Shown in pieces: positions 40,851 through 54,526 of a stretch of 64,000 bases of DNA. Source of the stretch: Lingula anatina (Eukaryota; Animalia; Brachiopoda); NCBI GenBank assembly GCA_051362555.1, contig CM120640.1:32197967-32261966 (forward strand), read 5' to 3'. Made by a program: the position numbers and the translations under genes. The notes below the pieces were generated by a model. That model saw nothing but the letters and a program-made list of their open reading frames with translations, was not told the origin of the DNA and did no database searches. Position 1 is the stretch's first letter; each line of letters begins with the position of its first letter.

Positions 40851-43800
40851 CTATAAAGCATCAATCTAAAAATCATCATTTCTTCAGTTTCTTGCCAAGC
40901 TATCTCAGGTATTATTTGAGCCAAATTTCAAAAGTCAAAACACTATTCATTAGACAAATTAAGTTTTATGAAGCAAATCTGACATTTACTTAAAACAATG
41001 GTATATTGATCCTTTTGTGTCTTTTATAATACCTTTGTGAGGGAAAATAAAAGAAGCATTGGAGATCCCAGAAAAAATCTTGAGTCAAAGTCAAAAATAT
41101 TTACAAAGTGAAATCTTTGATTTTAATTCTAAACAAACCACTGGCTACTGTTCTAGGAATTTTTGTTTTGTGAAGAAAATACCTTTTACACTTAATCAAT
41201 ACACTTAAACAAAAAAAATGCCTTAAACAAAACATTTTTTCTGTCAATCTTTCTTTAGCATTAGGCTAAAATACTATATTCTAGTGTAGGCCCAATTAGG
41301 AATCTACACTGCCTAAACTAATGACTGAAAAAGTACATTTTTCATGAGAGCCGCATCAACTTTACAATAAGACCGCCCAGCTGTGCTCAAGGAGACAACC
41401 TCAGCATCAATAATTCAAAAATAACTAATCACCAAAGTTAGCATTTGATGCACTTGATCAATTCTTTAAGTTTACCTACCAAAATTGTTCTTAAAAGAAT
41501 GTAAATCAATGTAACAAGAAGGGTTTGCTTCAAGTATACACTACGTGCTGAGACTGGTTGTCCATTCACAATATCATGAGATATTAATGAACTATGTTAG
41601 TTTTATTATAGATGAATGCCATGAATAGATTAGAATGAAGAGATACATTTTCTTTACATATACCTGCTTCCGTATGTCATATTGTGGCATTTAGAAACTA
41701 ATAACAGTTGATCAACTAAAACAGTTGATTTGCATCTGTGTTCTATGTAACAAAATATTGCATAAAACAGATTAAATAAATAAATAAAATTTTAAAGGTT
41801 CCAGATCCCATTACCAACTAAAATGATCCTGATTCAGGCCTTCACTATTTACCAAATTTTTGAATAACTAAAATAGTGACATGTTTTCAATGTCAAGTAG
41901 AAGAAAAACTACAAACTAGAACCAAGCAGTTGATCTACACAGAATCTGAACTCGAAGGCTGAAAAACAGGCAGTGCTGCTCCCTAGTGGAGAATTAAAGA
42001 ATCAGAAAAAAAATGTGGATCATTTCTTGTTTCTCATCAAAATCATAGACAACAGGTCTTTTTTTTTTGTTGTATGTGTGGTAAACTACACTATGTAAAG
42101 AATTTCAATATATTCATCCATAATCATTAAAATAACACTCATATCATATTGGAGTAAAGCTGAAGTACATTGAAAAGCTTCAATAAGTGATTTTCTCAAT
42201 CACATCCGACAAACTTCCTTTACTGATGACTTTTAAACTGCATAAAGACAAACACCAATAGAATTTGCATCTGTACAAATAGATAAAAAAACTGTGAATG
42301 GCATTCAACTGCTTATTGTGCAAAACAAATGCTGCTACACAGTTATATTGAATATTCATATATTCCATCAAGTTTTGCTCTCAAGATCAACACTGACATT
42401 GATAACACTGACATTGATTGGTTCGCCTCTTACATACATAAGTTGAAGCATACATCAGTCTCAATGGTCTAAAAGAACAGACGCAACAGTCGAATATGTA
42501 ATATTTGAAATATCATTTGTGGAGCAATTTTTGCTCTTGTGAAAAGAGCGAAATGTAGGCAATTACTATATCCTTAAAATATCAGTAAATACATTTCCTT
42601 GGAACCATTAACAATGTTATTGATTAATTTGTATAATGTGTTTATCACAAAAAATCAAAAGATGTTTAGCACTGAAGGAAGGAATGTACTTAAGTGGAAA
42701 GAGGAGAAGGGAACAATTATAGGCTACTTATGAATCACAACAAATATGTATTGCATGTGTTAAAAGTAACATTAACAGAAATTATCTTCCACTGATCTCC
42801 TGATCTCTGACCTAAGAAACTGATATTAAAAAGGTGCAATGCCCCAGTGAAGGTAAGAAATCAAGATCAAATATAGATCTTGATCATTTCCAACCACCAG
42901 TGAGGAGTGTCTGCTTGATTGGAAAACATATAATTGAACCATTTATCTGGCTCCCCAAATCTTCCACATTATATAATTGCATATTAACGTAAGTAATGGC
43001 AAAGGCCAAGTGACTAAGTTGGTAATGGCAGCTGGGTTAATAAGTTTGTATAGGTGGACTTGATTTAGAAATAGTACATCTACTTGAAACTCTATGATCA
43101 AGACTTTTTACTTTATGGAGTATGACTGGTGAAACATATTCTGATTGTATGTAATCAGTTTTTCTGATAAAATACTTTCAAAAAATAGTAAAATTTAAAG
43201 CAAACATTGCATTTTCTTCACTTTAACTGTGTGCTCATCATCTACTGACAGCCCGTAATGACGTAGAACAGCTCATTAAATAATGAAGTGAATGCCACAA
43301 GAAAGAAACAATGTTATCAATTTTGATATTTACAGGAAATTAAGTTTTTGTGGGTTTTTTTTTCTCTTCTTTTGACATAAAAAATATAAGGGTGCCGTAT
43401 CTAATTGTATTGTAGAAATTCACCCAGCAAAATAAGACTGTTCAATTCGGTGAAGAATCCTTGTCTCAAATTATATTATATACTATGTTTCTTGTTGCAC
43501 ATTGGAACAAAGGCAGGTTGTTGGTGATTTCCCATGGTATTCTCCAATCATGTTTCTCTGATCTTTAGGTATCAGCTCACAGATGGACCAAACTAGACTA
43601 TCATAGTTAAGACATTTCAAAAGTGTTGAATACAGCTATGCCAATTGATCTGTATGTATTCAATATAGCCAAATTGATATGTAAGATAAAAACATATGAC
43701 ATTTAATAATAAAAATTTAGGCCTCCAGGTACAGTTGAAATATCTCTATATTATACATGTAACAAGCAATCACCCCTGAGTGATTTAATAGACAACCAAA

Positions 43801-43998
43801 AAGCATGCATACATGATATTTAGAACCATGCTCATATTGAAAGGCATAGAGAACTGGGAGCTTCATATTCCATAAGGTTAAACTGTTCACCTGTACGACT
43901 GACACAACCAAAACAAGCAGCTGCTCATCTACAAAAATAGAATCATCTTTTTTTTAGGTAAAACAAAACAAAAATATAGCAATATAACAATAACTCAC

Positions 43999-44026
43999 CC
44001 GAATAAACAGAAGATTCTGAATCCAT
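43999..44026 (-). CDS. candidate alternative first coding exon MDSESSVYS(+1 nt)
   Basis: ATGG with an upstream in-frame stop, 9 codons + G, and consensus donor CGG|GTGAGT (phase 1). Lies about 260 bp from the MSMIGNVA exon. Confidence 0.55.
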
Positions 44027-44284
44027 GAGTACAGAACTTATCAATTGTTACAAAGCAGGCATGTACCTGTTCTGCAAGGTGAAGTAACCGAGTCTCTCAC
44101 ACAATGGGGATAAAAAATATGCCCCACGAGTTTGCCAAAAAAAGAACAGGTGGGAAAGGTGTTCTTCAAGGAGAAAAGAACTGCTTCGAGGGGAAGTAAT
44201 GATTTTCATTTAAGTTCAAAGAAAGTTAGTTGGCGCTGCAGCATGCCTTATCACATCAGCACCACTGGAAAACTTTAAACTCAC

Positions 44285-44369
44285 CTTTTTTCATAATTTT
44301 CCTGGACACATTACTAGTTAATTGTGCCACCTTTGTAGTTAGAACCGCAACATTCCCGATCATTGACAT
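44285..44369 (-). CDS. alternative first coding exon MSMIGNVAVLTTKVAQLTSNVSRKIMKK(+1 nt)
   Basis: acgATG, 28 codons + G, and near-perfect donor AAG|GTGAGT (phase 1). The N-terminus is homologous to the 38995 exon, with synonymous codon differences. Confidence 0.72.
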
Positions 44370-45574
44370 CGTGAGTAATTTTTAGTCAGGCTCCGCCTCT
44401 TTAACTTGAGTCCAAAAATTAATATCAGTGAACAAGAAAGTCTCATTCACCTCTGTCCAGGGGCTGACCCTAGCTTAAGTAGATAGCTGATGGCAAGTAA
44501 AAATCAATTAGTGCAAATCACTCAAAACTCCCTGCATCCACTTTCAATTTCTCTGCATCTCTAAATTCCTGACTGACCTCTGGTTGGTTGAAACTTCCAC
44601 AATCAGTGGCATTAAAAAAAAAAGAGTAACACAAAGATCAGTATTCAACCAAAACTGTAGCAGCCAGATACTATTCAGAGATACACATGTAAGTTCCTGT
44701 ACTCTTTAGTGATCTCTCTGAATTTCCACATCATTTCAGTCAGGCCGTGACATTAACAGGTGCCAAAGGAACAGTTTTTTGTACAGATAACCTTGTCAAT
44801 CTACATTACGTAAGTATGCATAACAATGTCCAAACTAGCACATAAACTAATATGTTCTCTGGCTTTCTGTGTCCAGGTTAACACATGTGCTCAGTTTTTT
44901 TTGAAACTCTAGTTCGTAAAACGTGTCCTTAATGAATATTCCTGGAAATACATCCCCATTGCTCTGCTGGTTAAGCTAAAGGATTTCGACATAAGATACA
45001 TGAACACAATTACTAAGATTAATCAGAAAATCCATGCCTATAAATCTAGGAATTACAGCAAATTTATGGGTTTGTTATTCTCCGTTGGCCATGCAATGAT
45101 TAGAAGCGAAAACAATAAAATACTTGTTCCAAGGTCAACATGATTTATCAGATCTTCATCTCTCAAAAAAAATTTTTGAAAATTTCTCAGAGATCAGACT
45201 TCCCCACCAAGGTGAGTAAACAGCCAGGGTTCCTAACTATGCCAAAAAATAACTAGATGATGAGAGGCAATTTCTATATCATAACTGAGCCTTCCTTCTA
45301 AAATGTATTGCCACATGGCATACCAACAAGAACATGGTCAGTATTACTACCTATAGTGTACTCTTCACCCCAAGAAATATCACACGGTCTTTATTTTTTC
45401 TCAATGCAATATAACATAACTATCAAGAGTTCTGAGAAAAGACGTTTAGGATAAACTCACATGATTCACAACATTGTCACGACTCCAATTAATTCTGCAA
45501 CAAGGAAAAGGTATAACCGATGCAAAAAGCTGTCGAACAAAAAAAAATGTAATAAGAAAAATTATTTCCAATAC

Positions 45575-45638
45575 CTTTTTTCTTGGACCTTTTTGAAAGT
45601 CTTGATGTTATGCTGGATACCACGTTCACCACTGACAT
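45575..45638 (-). CDS. candidate alternative first coding exon MSVVNVVSSITSRLSKRSKKK(+1 nt)
   Basis: gaaATG with an upstream in-frame TGA, 21 codons + G, donor AAG|GTATTG (phase 1). Same hydrophobic-then-polybasic pattern and KK|G end as the 44369 exon. Confidence 0.55.
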
Positions 45639-48600
45639 TTCTGCTGCTGTAGGTCTTCAGACACTGTTCTGCATAAGTTTGTACAACTGATCCGAGCTAA
45701 ATGCTGCTTTTACATTCCTCTGTCCATCCACTGCCCTTTTTTTAACTCTCAGTATTGCTTCTTCTGGTGAATAAATTTGCCGCAATATGCTTCTGATAAC
45801 AAAAGTTATTCTTGGGGTGCCTTTCTACTCTTAATCAACAACTTGCTTCTAAAAATTGGTCAGCTTTGGTTACTGCCCAATCCCCGCTAAAAAGGCTCCT
45901 GGCTCCCAATCAATAAACAACAGATCCCACTTTGAACCATTAGATGATTCAATATACCAGTTTGTTCGACATGAAGATAAGATCAACTAGTAACTTGGCC
46001 CAACAGTGAGCAAGAAGAAGGGCAGTGTGAGGAGCTGGAGTCCACTTGCCTTGGCTCAATTTGGGGGGAATTCCTGTTGTGTCACTGTCCTGAGACTAAA
46101 GTATTGTACATTGTACATCTGGGTGATTTAAACTAATCTGGCACCTCTGGCCACTGCTAGTGAGTCTGCAGATTTCCCATGGGGCACCCTGCCACTTAAA
46201 TAATGTATTTTTATTTGTCTTCGATGGACATAATTGCCAAAGGTGGGGGGACTAATTAATCAGTAATTAAATTGTACATGGTGTGCTATCATCAGCCTTA
46301 AGCCTATGTACTGGAATACCTCTTTTTATATTTTCATCACACAAGTATTTTCCTTGGGCAAATAAAGTCAATCAGTACCATTGTCTCAGTTATTGAAAAC
46401 GAGTGTGGATACTTCACTAGTTCAGATGGTCACCATCACAAAGGCAGCTTCTGCGCCAGTGAACACCATTGCTTAAAATTCTGCAAACAAGAATCAACTG
46501 GACTTAATAATGCAAGAAAACATGCATGCTTTGTTTGAAAGATTCAAAAGTTTATTGGCCCTTTGTCAAATAATCCTCACTTTTTCTTGATAACAAAAAA
46601 GTTGAAAAGGCTAAAATGGTTTAAATTACAATAGAGAGCCTGTTTTCCCATCTGAGATCCTGTGGAACCGACTATCTAGGAAATGGATTTTTGTGTTTCT
46701 TTGAAAATTAATCCCTAGAATGCAAATAAGCTACATCCTCGCTCAATCAGTACCATTGCTATCACATTCAGTGAAAGGCAAGTAGTTGTAACTGACTTAT
46801 CCCACAGCTGGTGCTTCTAACAATAGGATGAATGCACCAAACATATGAAAATACAGGCAAGCATGTAAGTGAAATACAAGTGCAATTATCCTATAGTTTA
46901 AAGTGTCAGCCTTGGGATCTATTACAACCAACAACTAGCTGATGTTACGCCCTTTATTTCATCAATAAAAATACATACACCTTAATTTGGGACATTAGAC
47001 AGCCTGGCAAATTACTAAATACTTCAAGGCATGATTGTTGTAGCACTAAAGATTATCACATAACTTTGCCACAAATTACGTCAAGCATGCAACCAGGTAT
47101 TGTTTTATATGCATATTGTAATTGAAAAAAAGCCTTCCAACTAAAATAAAATCAGATATAAATTTACTTAAGTATTCAGCTTTTCTCAAATGAGCTTCAA
47201 TGTGTATTCTATACACTCCTCATCCTATTCATTGCTTGCACAAACATTCTAAACTATTTCTAAAAAGCAATATTATTTAGGGACCAAAATATATATATAC
47301 TTGCAACTTGGGCAATGTTTATCATTTTCATTAGAAAAAGGTGGTTGCACTTCTTGTAAGATCAGTCCTTCAGGACTCTTTTCATCAGCAAATATCAGCA
47401 TGGCACTCTTTGGGGATGACAAGTAATTTCTTCAGCACCTGATATCTCAATTAACTTTCCAACAGCAATGCCAGCACCAATTTTAGAAATGCTCTTTCAT
47501 GATACACAATTAAACTTGGAATTTGTGAGGAAAAAAAATGGAAGTGAAAATATTTGCTAATTTTACCTCCACAGACACATGCAGTAAGGGTTTCCTAAAC
47601 ATGATTATTACAAAGTTAGCAAATAAAGTGCAAGGCAGAATCAGTTATCATTTCCTGTGTGTACGTTGGTACGGTTCTGAACCAGTATCACTGTTCTTTG
47701 TTCGCATAACACGCTCCTGTAAGATGGAAAGGGGCACCTATGTATCATGACTATGAAAGATGGATAAATTCACACAGATTGGTGATATTCTGGAATAAAG
47801 CCATATATCAAAGTCAAAGGAGAAGGGAAAAAACTGAATAATTATATTTTATCTATATTTTTGGGGCATGAAACATACAGTACAGACATGCACTTTATGC
47901 CATATTATTTCAATTATTTAACATTAATCCTCAGTCACAACTAAATATAATATAAACTCAATTGTGACAAAACAACTTCTCCTTCCTTTTTGGATTAAGA
48001 CATATCTGTGATGAAATAATAATTCATTATAAAAAATTTATTACCCTCATTTTGCTTTCCATTGCCCTCAAGATAGCTATAAAATCTATAATGTCCTGAC
48101 AGAGTCTGATGGTCTGATCAAACATAATTAGTGTTACAGATGGGCAGCTGTGTCAAGTAAATTGCTTAGATGGCACTTAAAGCAACGTCTGTACAACTTT
48201 AAGTGATGTAAACAAATCACTTATTTGATTGTGCTACCAGCCAAAATTATGTTTTCTGCAATGTTCAGCTACATAAACTGCCTGCTTCTGTCTCATATTA
48301 TAATTATGTTTTAAAAAGTGCTTGGCAGACTAAAAGAGCATGCTACAAACATGATCACCAGAAATGGATAAAATACAATTTCCTGTGTATATGCCATGCA
48401 TGAAATTTTTTCATTATCCAAATGAATACCTACCTGATAAGGATATAATAAATTAGCCGTACCTACAGTTACTTGGTCATGACTATTTGATGACCAGATA
48501 AGCGACAAATAATAAGTTAACCCACACATGAAACTCAGTAAAAAATGAATGACTGGAAAACAACATTGACACATCTTTCCTTTTCCAAATCCACTGACCT

Positions 48601-51600
48601 TTATAAAACAACGTGCCAATTTTTTTCTAAATCACATTTCAGGACTGACTCATATTTGTGCATGTACGTGTGATTATTCTAATTTCAGTGTTTCAACATG
48701 GTAACATTTTTGACTAATGGTTGCATTTCATGTATGGTTTCACTTCAAGACTCAACAACAGTGCGTCTATACAGCTATGCCTACAGGCACTGGTGTTATT
48801 GGATTGCACTAGAGATTGCAGTATTTGTCCAACTGGAAATGCAGGATCTCTGCCCAGTTATTAATAACTTGCACTTGAACAAAAACTACAGCATAAGTAC
48901 TTCAGTTTACATATTCCTCCTAGTTCAAAATCTCTAAATTTACGTCCACTAATTAGATCATATAGCACCTGATTAAAAATATCAAACAAATATTGTAATC
49001 GAAATAAATTGTTCAAAAAATATCCAAAAATCCACTTGTAAATGCATTTTATAAACAAGATATTCAGCAAATTACCAGAGTAACTCAAAAAACAGTTAAC
49101 ATTAGCAGCACATACAATGGAAACACAATGGAAAGACAATCAAAACAACCAGCTACCACTGACTTCACAACCAAATAAATTCCACGTGTGCAGCAGAACA
49201 CAATGCTGAGAACGCAGTGCACACCCCAGCACAATCTGTAGGTTGCTCCCAGCAGCCAGGCACTCGTGCACAACAACAGCAATACACAAGACTTAAACTT
49301 TCAAGTTTTATCATAGTTTGATGTCATCTTTCTGAAAGTCATAAAACATAAAACATGCCAAAACTTGTACCATACAACTGCTTGATGTATCAATGCAAAA
49401 AAAGTTACAAACGTATCCATCAGACCTAATCAATTTAAATTGTGGAAAAATTCTCTCTGTGTTATAGTGTTATCTCAAATTTCCATCACACATTCAGACA
49501 GAACATTGGATAGAGCATTGATTTATAGCAGAAACTTTGAAGAGTGTATATTCCAGTTGTGAAGTCTGGACTCTGCTTATGTATTTTATAGCAAAAGATG
49601 CTATCCAAGAAAACTCTTGATCAGTCACTATTAAAGAACATAAAAATGAAAATCACTGTTTATTGCAGTCTTTGGTTTAGAAAATAAAGTTGAAATTGCG
49701 AAATGCATTTTATATCCATTTCTCTTTGTTTCTTTTTGTTTCTTACTGATTGATTGAGCACATATTAATTAATGTCCTTATTTTATTTGTTCATGTACCA
49801 TTATTATATTCATAGAAGGAAATGCCATGGTTTGTTGACATTTAAGATATAAATATATATACATGTATATACATATGTATGTATAGAACTGAGACAGAGT
49901 AAAGGATTAAGCCATGTCCTTTGACTATAACTTTGCAAAAATTCAATTTTCTGTTTCTGTAATTTAGGCAGGCCACAGGTGTCCTACCACAACAAAATCA
50001 AATCATTTCATTTCCTGTTAGCATTTATATTCCTACTGTAACCAAGTTATCAATCTATTCAATAAAATTTGGTATTTCAAAAAGAATTCAGTATAGCCAA
50101 ATGGATAGGTAAAGAACCATCTAGTTTACATGATTCTGATAAGTTTAAAACGACATTTAAATTAAAACAACACCAACTCATTACACCATTACAAGTCCAT
50201 TTTGTCCTAATAAATAACCACAAACTCAAAAATAAATCAAATCAGTGGCCTGACCTTGAGAAGGAACTTGGGGTAAATTACATCATTATAACACATCTTA
50301 AGTAAAGAGACTCAGCAAAAACATCTGTGCCCAGTTCCCACAGAGCTCACGAGTACAGTTTAAAGAAGTAAAAAATCTCCAGATCAATCCTCCGAACATA
50401 TTTACTCACACCTTGTACCCTCCAAACACTACATATCATTCTTTTAATGGCACATCAGAAGTACGCCATTTGTACTTAACCTTTCATCTTTCTTTTGCTT
50501 GTATTTCACAATTACAGGAAATCCCTACATGAAAGCAGAGTATGGCTGTTAACACTTACTCCTCACAGAAACATTATGCCAGGGGCTCACTTTTCAATAG
50601 CTTGCAGGTAAACAATGAGGACCAGACTCTTTTTCCATCAAATTCCATATCTCTTGTAACTTTTTTTTTTTTTAGAAAAAAAATGTACATATTTTCCTGA
50701 AAATAATACTGACTACTTGCAACAATTTAAATTCATTAAGGATTGGAACTTCAGACTAGTCCACTGATCTTAAAATAATGTTTTTTTTTTTTTTTTTTTT
50801 TTTTACCTCTTCTCAGGTTTTAGATGTGTATTCATTCCGGTATGTATTCATTCAGTATGGTACTTACAATATAACAATTGCCATGCTGCAGAGATATGAT
50901 CTATAACCATATAACTTTGAAATAATCCATATAATTTAGCCAAATAAATGATGATGAGCACAGAACAGAACAGAATAAATCTTAAAAGCAATTCCACAAT
51001 AATCATTATCCCTAAACCAGACCACTGTAATGTATGTTCTGTTTCCTGTCCATGGTGCTCAAAGTAATTAGTTTATTGAGGTATTATTTTTTTTCTAGGG
51101 CAACACAACATCAGTAATTACAATTTGGAGGGTGAAACCCTGCTCTTCTGACATTGATACTGACTGTGCTGAAACACTGCATTCCATTCAATAATATTCC
51201 ACATGAAATAGATTTTTTTATACTTTATGTAGAAAGACATCCAATTGCGTTTTGAATTAACTCTAGTTGCTTCCATAGACCCAAAGAGAAAAATGTTTAT
51301 TAATTATATTAATTAGCATTGTATCCATATTACCTAATGTCTTCAACAAGGTAACCCACTGTAATTAAGCTTCAGAAACCAAAGATTTGAACAGGATGTC
51401 TGTTTTTCTTAATTCTCTTATTCAGTTCAAATATTCCTCCCCTAATATTAATTCTGAGATCTTTTAAATTCTACACAAAAGTTAACAAAATCAAACTTCA
51501 AAGAAAATATTGATTTTTTGTACTGTCATATATTGCTTTGAAGAATGACAATAAATCTATTCCTATAGTACAGGCAAAAATATAAATCAGAAGACGTAAC

Positions 51601-52219
51601 TTCTAGTAATCATCACATGGCAACCTCCAAACCACTAAATGATTCAGAGACTTCTCTATTCAAAAAAAAAACAGCAACCCATTAGTATGTTCTAATCACC
51701 ATGCACTTATTAACCTCCAATACCATTAGAGTCTGATTCCAGGCAAATTATATAAGCTGTGTCATAATAATCTTTCAAATATCAATCATATACAAGTTCA
51801 TCATGGATCACACTATGGTCAAGAAGAGCAGAAATGCTGTCTTACTTATATGTATGCGCTAATAACACGATGTTCAATTTAAAAGCTGACAGTCTGATGA
51901 GATAAAATCCTCATAAGTGTGCATGAACTATCAACAAACAGGTTTAATCAAGATATTCATATCTCACAGATTCCTCTAGAGGCAATAAGACTATCTGACT
52001 TAGTGCACTTGCTAATTTGAGCTCAAGCCCAAATAATGGTTCACTAGTCTGAGGTTGTCTCTGGTCAATCTTGCTGACAAACATTTTGAAGCCTGTTTTC
52101 ACGTGTCTGGGATGGGGATCAAGGTAGGTCCCACAGGAAGATAATTTCATTTGTTAATAGATCATAGCACAGGTTAAAGTATACCTTTCAAGTGAGAAGT
52201 CTTGCTGTGAAACTCAACC

Positions 52220-52280
52220 CCACACACACCCTATACCCACACACACGCACGCACGCACACACACACACGCACGCACACAC
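52220..52280. repeat. (CA)/(CACG) compound microsatellite
   Basis: Directly visible. A (TAA)n tract also lies at 52422-52447. Confidence 0.85.
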
Positions 52281-54369
52281 GGATGTTCGGTACTGTAGCC
52301 AATGCAATGGAGTTGCTTGGTGATGTTTTATTATGTAACTGTGGCCTAATGGTATATATATATGCGACAGGCATGTAACTGTACATAGTGGCATGCAACA
52401 GGTATAACCATGGTATAGTGGTAATAATAATAATAATAATAATAATATTTATTCAGCTAATGATATAAGATACAGGCTTTGGTTGGTTCTAATACAGCAA
52501 AATCAAAATGCTACAAACTGACACTGATAGCTTCCAACCCCACCTCTTTTTACTTATATATTTCACACTGAGTTAATATGCTGGTGCATGAACATGTTTT
52601 TTTTCCCCTTTGTGGCCAATGTCTCATTTACTTAAAGCGAGTCTTGCTGATTTAGTTATACAGCAGTTTTTGTCCCCGAAACTTGGTCCATTTTCTAATG
52701 AATGCTATGGCATAACTTGCATGAATCACTTGAGACAATAAATATCAAGTGGTAGATTTTCGAGAATGACACTGAAAAAAAAATGCATTGTCTCAATTTT
52801 AGCCATTTCTGTGCTACAAGTGGTACTCATTCCACAAATGCTGATCGGCTGCAAGGGTAGGGACAACTGTTCCCCACATTCTCTTTATTTTGGGTAGGAG
52901 GGGTTCATAAGGACGACTATTGTTTGTGGTATTTTTCTTTTTTATTTGCCATTTGCCTTAAAGGGCAATGTCTCACTGAAAAATATTTCCCTTAGATCTA
53001 ATATAGATAATCTTTTGTATTTTTCAAAATCTACCAAAATACGCAGATGAAAAGATAACACACTACTGTCTTCTTCACAAATAGCCTCACCTAGTAGTGG
53101 TGCGTAAATATTCACCTTGACATTTTCTTATGAAGCTATAAATTGTCAGGGCACTGAGGACTGCAATGGTTAAATGTTATCCTAATGTTGTTTATGGACC
53201 TATGTCAACTTCAAACAATTTATAGGAAGTGCTGATCCTGGAACAATCTCGTAAATACATTCTCTGAATCTTTCCGTCATATCCAGAGCATCTCAGCAGT
53301 GTTAACTCACTAGTTCTGGATAAACAAAAATCATTACTTAGTTATCATCATTTTGCTTTTTCAATCAAAGTTCTTCCACTTTGCATCATTCTCACACTTG
53401 CAGGCCTATTGCAAATGATTGTCTTTGAGCATCAAACAGCATTACATGGCATGAGAGATCAATTTCCATTAGTGGGTCTTGTTCAAGGATAATGATTAGA
53501 CAAATTGACATTCTGCATGATTAGAGATGCAGCAGAATAAGACTTCAACATCTAGATTACAATGTTTGTGTTAGTCTGATCACAATAGCACTAATGGTGC
53601 ATGTTAAAATATGAAAACTTTTTATAAGGCAGGCAGATAGGTAACTAGGCCAAGATAGGTGAGAGCCAATTTGCTTGAATAAATACTAAAAAAGACTGCT
53701 GAAACCCATGAAAGAATCTCTTAGTTCAGCTTAAACATATCAAGTTCTGCAAGATGCCTTAAAATTAATAACTATTAAATTCAAAAAGGCATATAATATA
53801 TTTTTTATTTATTTATTATGCTTTGTTTTCAAATGTCTTGTATCTATACTAAGTCTTGCATTTCTTTTTGAGTGTGCAAAGGTCATCAAATTGGCATCTT
53901 ATCATTTGTACAAAATGTTACAAAAACTACTGGAATGGCTACACTTAAATTCAAAGTACTTAAAGTTGGCATAATACACCCTGAAAAAATAGCATCGCAT
54001 TGCCTGATCCCTCCCACTACAAATTGCTAACAAAGCTCTTTGCACTTTATACAAGCAACTCGAACTGCCAATAAAGATAACCCAATGTCTGATAAATCAA
54101 GTTCTATCAAAAGTCATGAATCTTATTCTGTAAAAGTAATTGTAAATCACACTGACTGCATGGGGAAATCAACTTAAATTGCATATGAATATTTCATTTA
54201 GTTAACAGTTTACACCTAGGAGCAAAATATATCTTCACTTTCAGGCCTTTACAACACAACACACACACACACACACACACATAGACATGCTGATCACTGT
54301 AGAATCACGTGCATCAACCAAAAACGTATGTCAAAAATTAAGGCAATGCTGAAGTATCACAATACCTAC

Positions 54370-54526
54370 CTTGTTTACAGAAGCAGGAAACTACGCAATC
54401 TATGATACAGTGTTGGCAAAACTTGATGAGCATCCCTCTAAAAGTCCACGGCTCCTGGAAGTGGGCATACTGAGTCTCCAGTGGGAGAGCTTCTTCTGAG
54501 GTGTGGTTTGCACCATGGGTATACAT
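54370..54526 (-). CDS. candidate first (or cassette) coding exon MYTHGANHTSEEALPLETQYAHFQEPWTFRGMLIKFCQHCIIDCVVSCFCKQ(+1 nt), Cys-rich
   Basis: aatATG, 52 codons + G, strong donor AAG|GTAGGT (phase 1), and raised GC. A phase-1 acceptor (ttctttgaatag|) near 54552 would also keep this frame open. Confidence 0.55.

Noticed and set aside
52958-53000. TTAAAGGG start resembling a Kolobok end (also near 60061)
   Set aside because: No matching second terminus was found.
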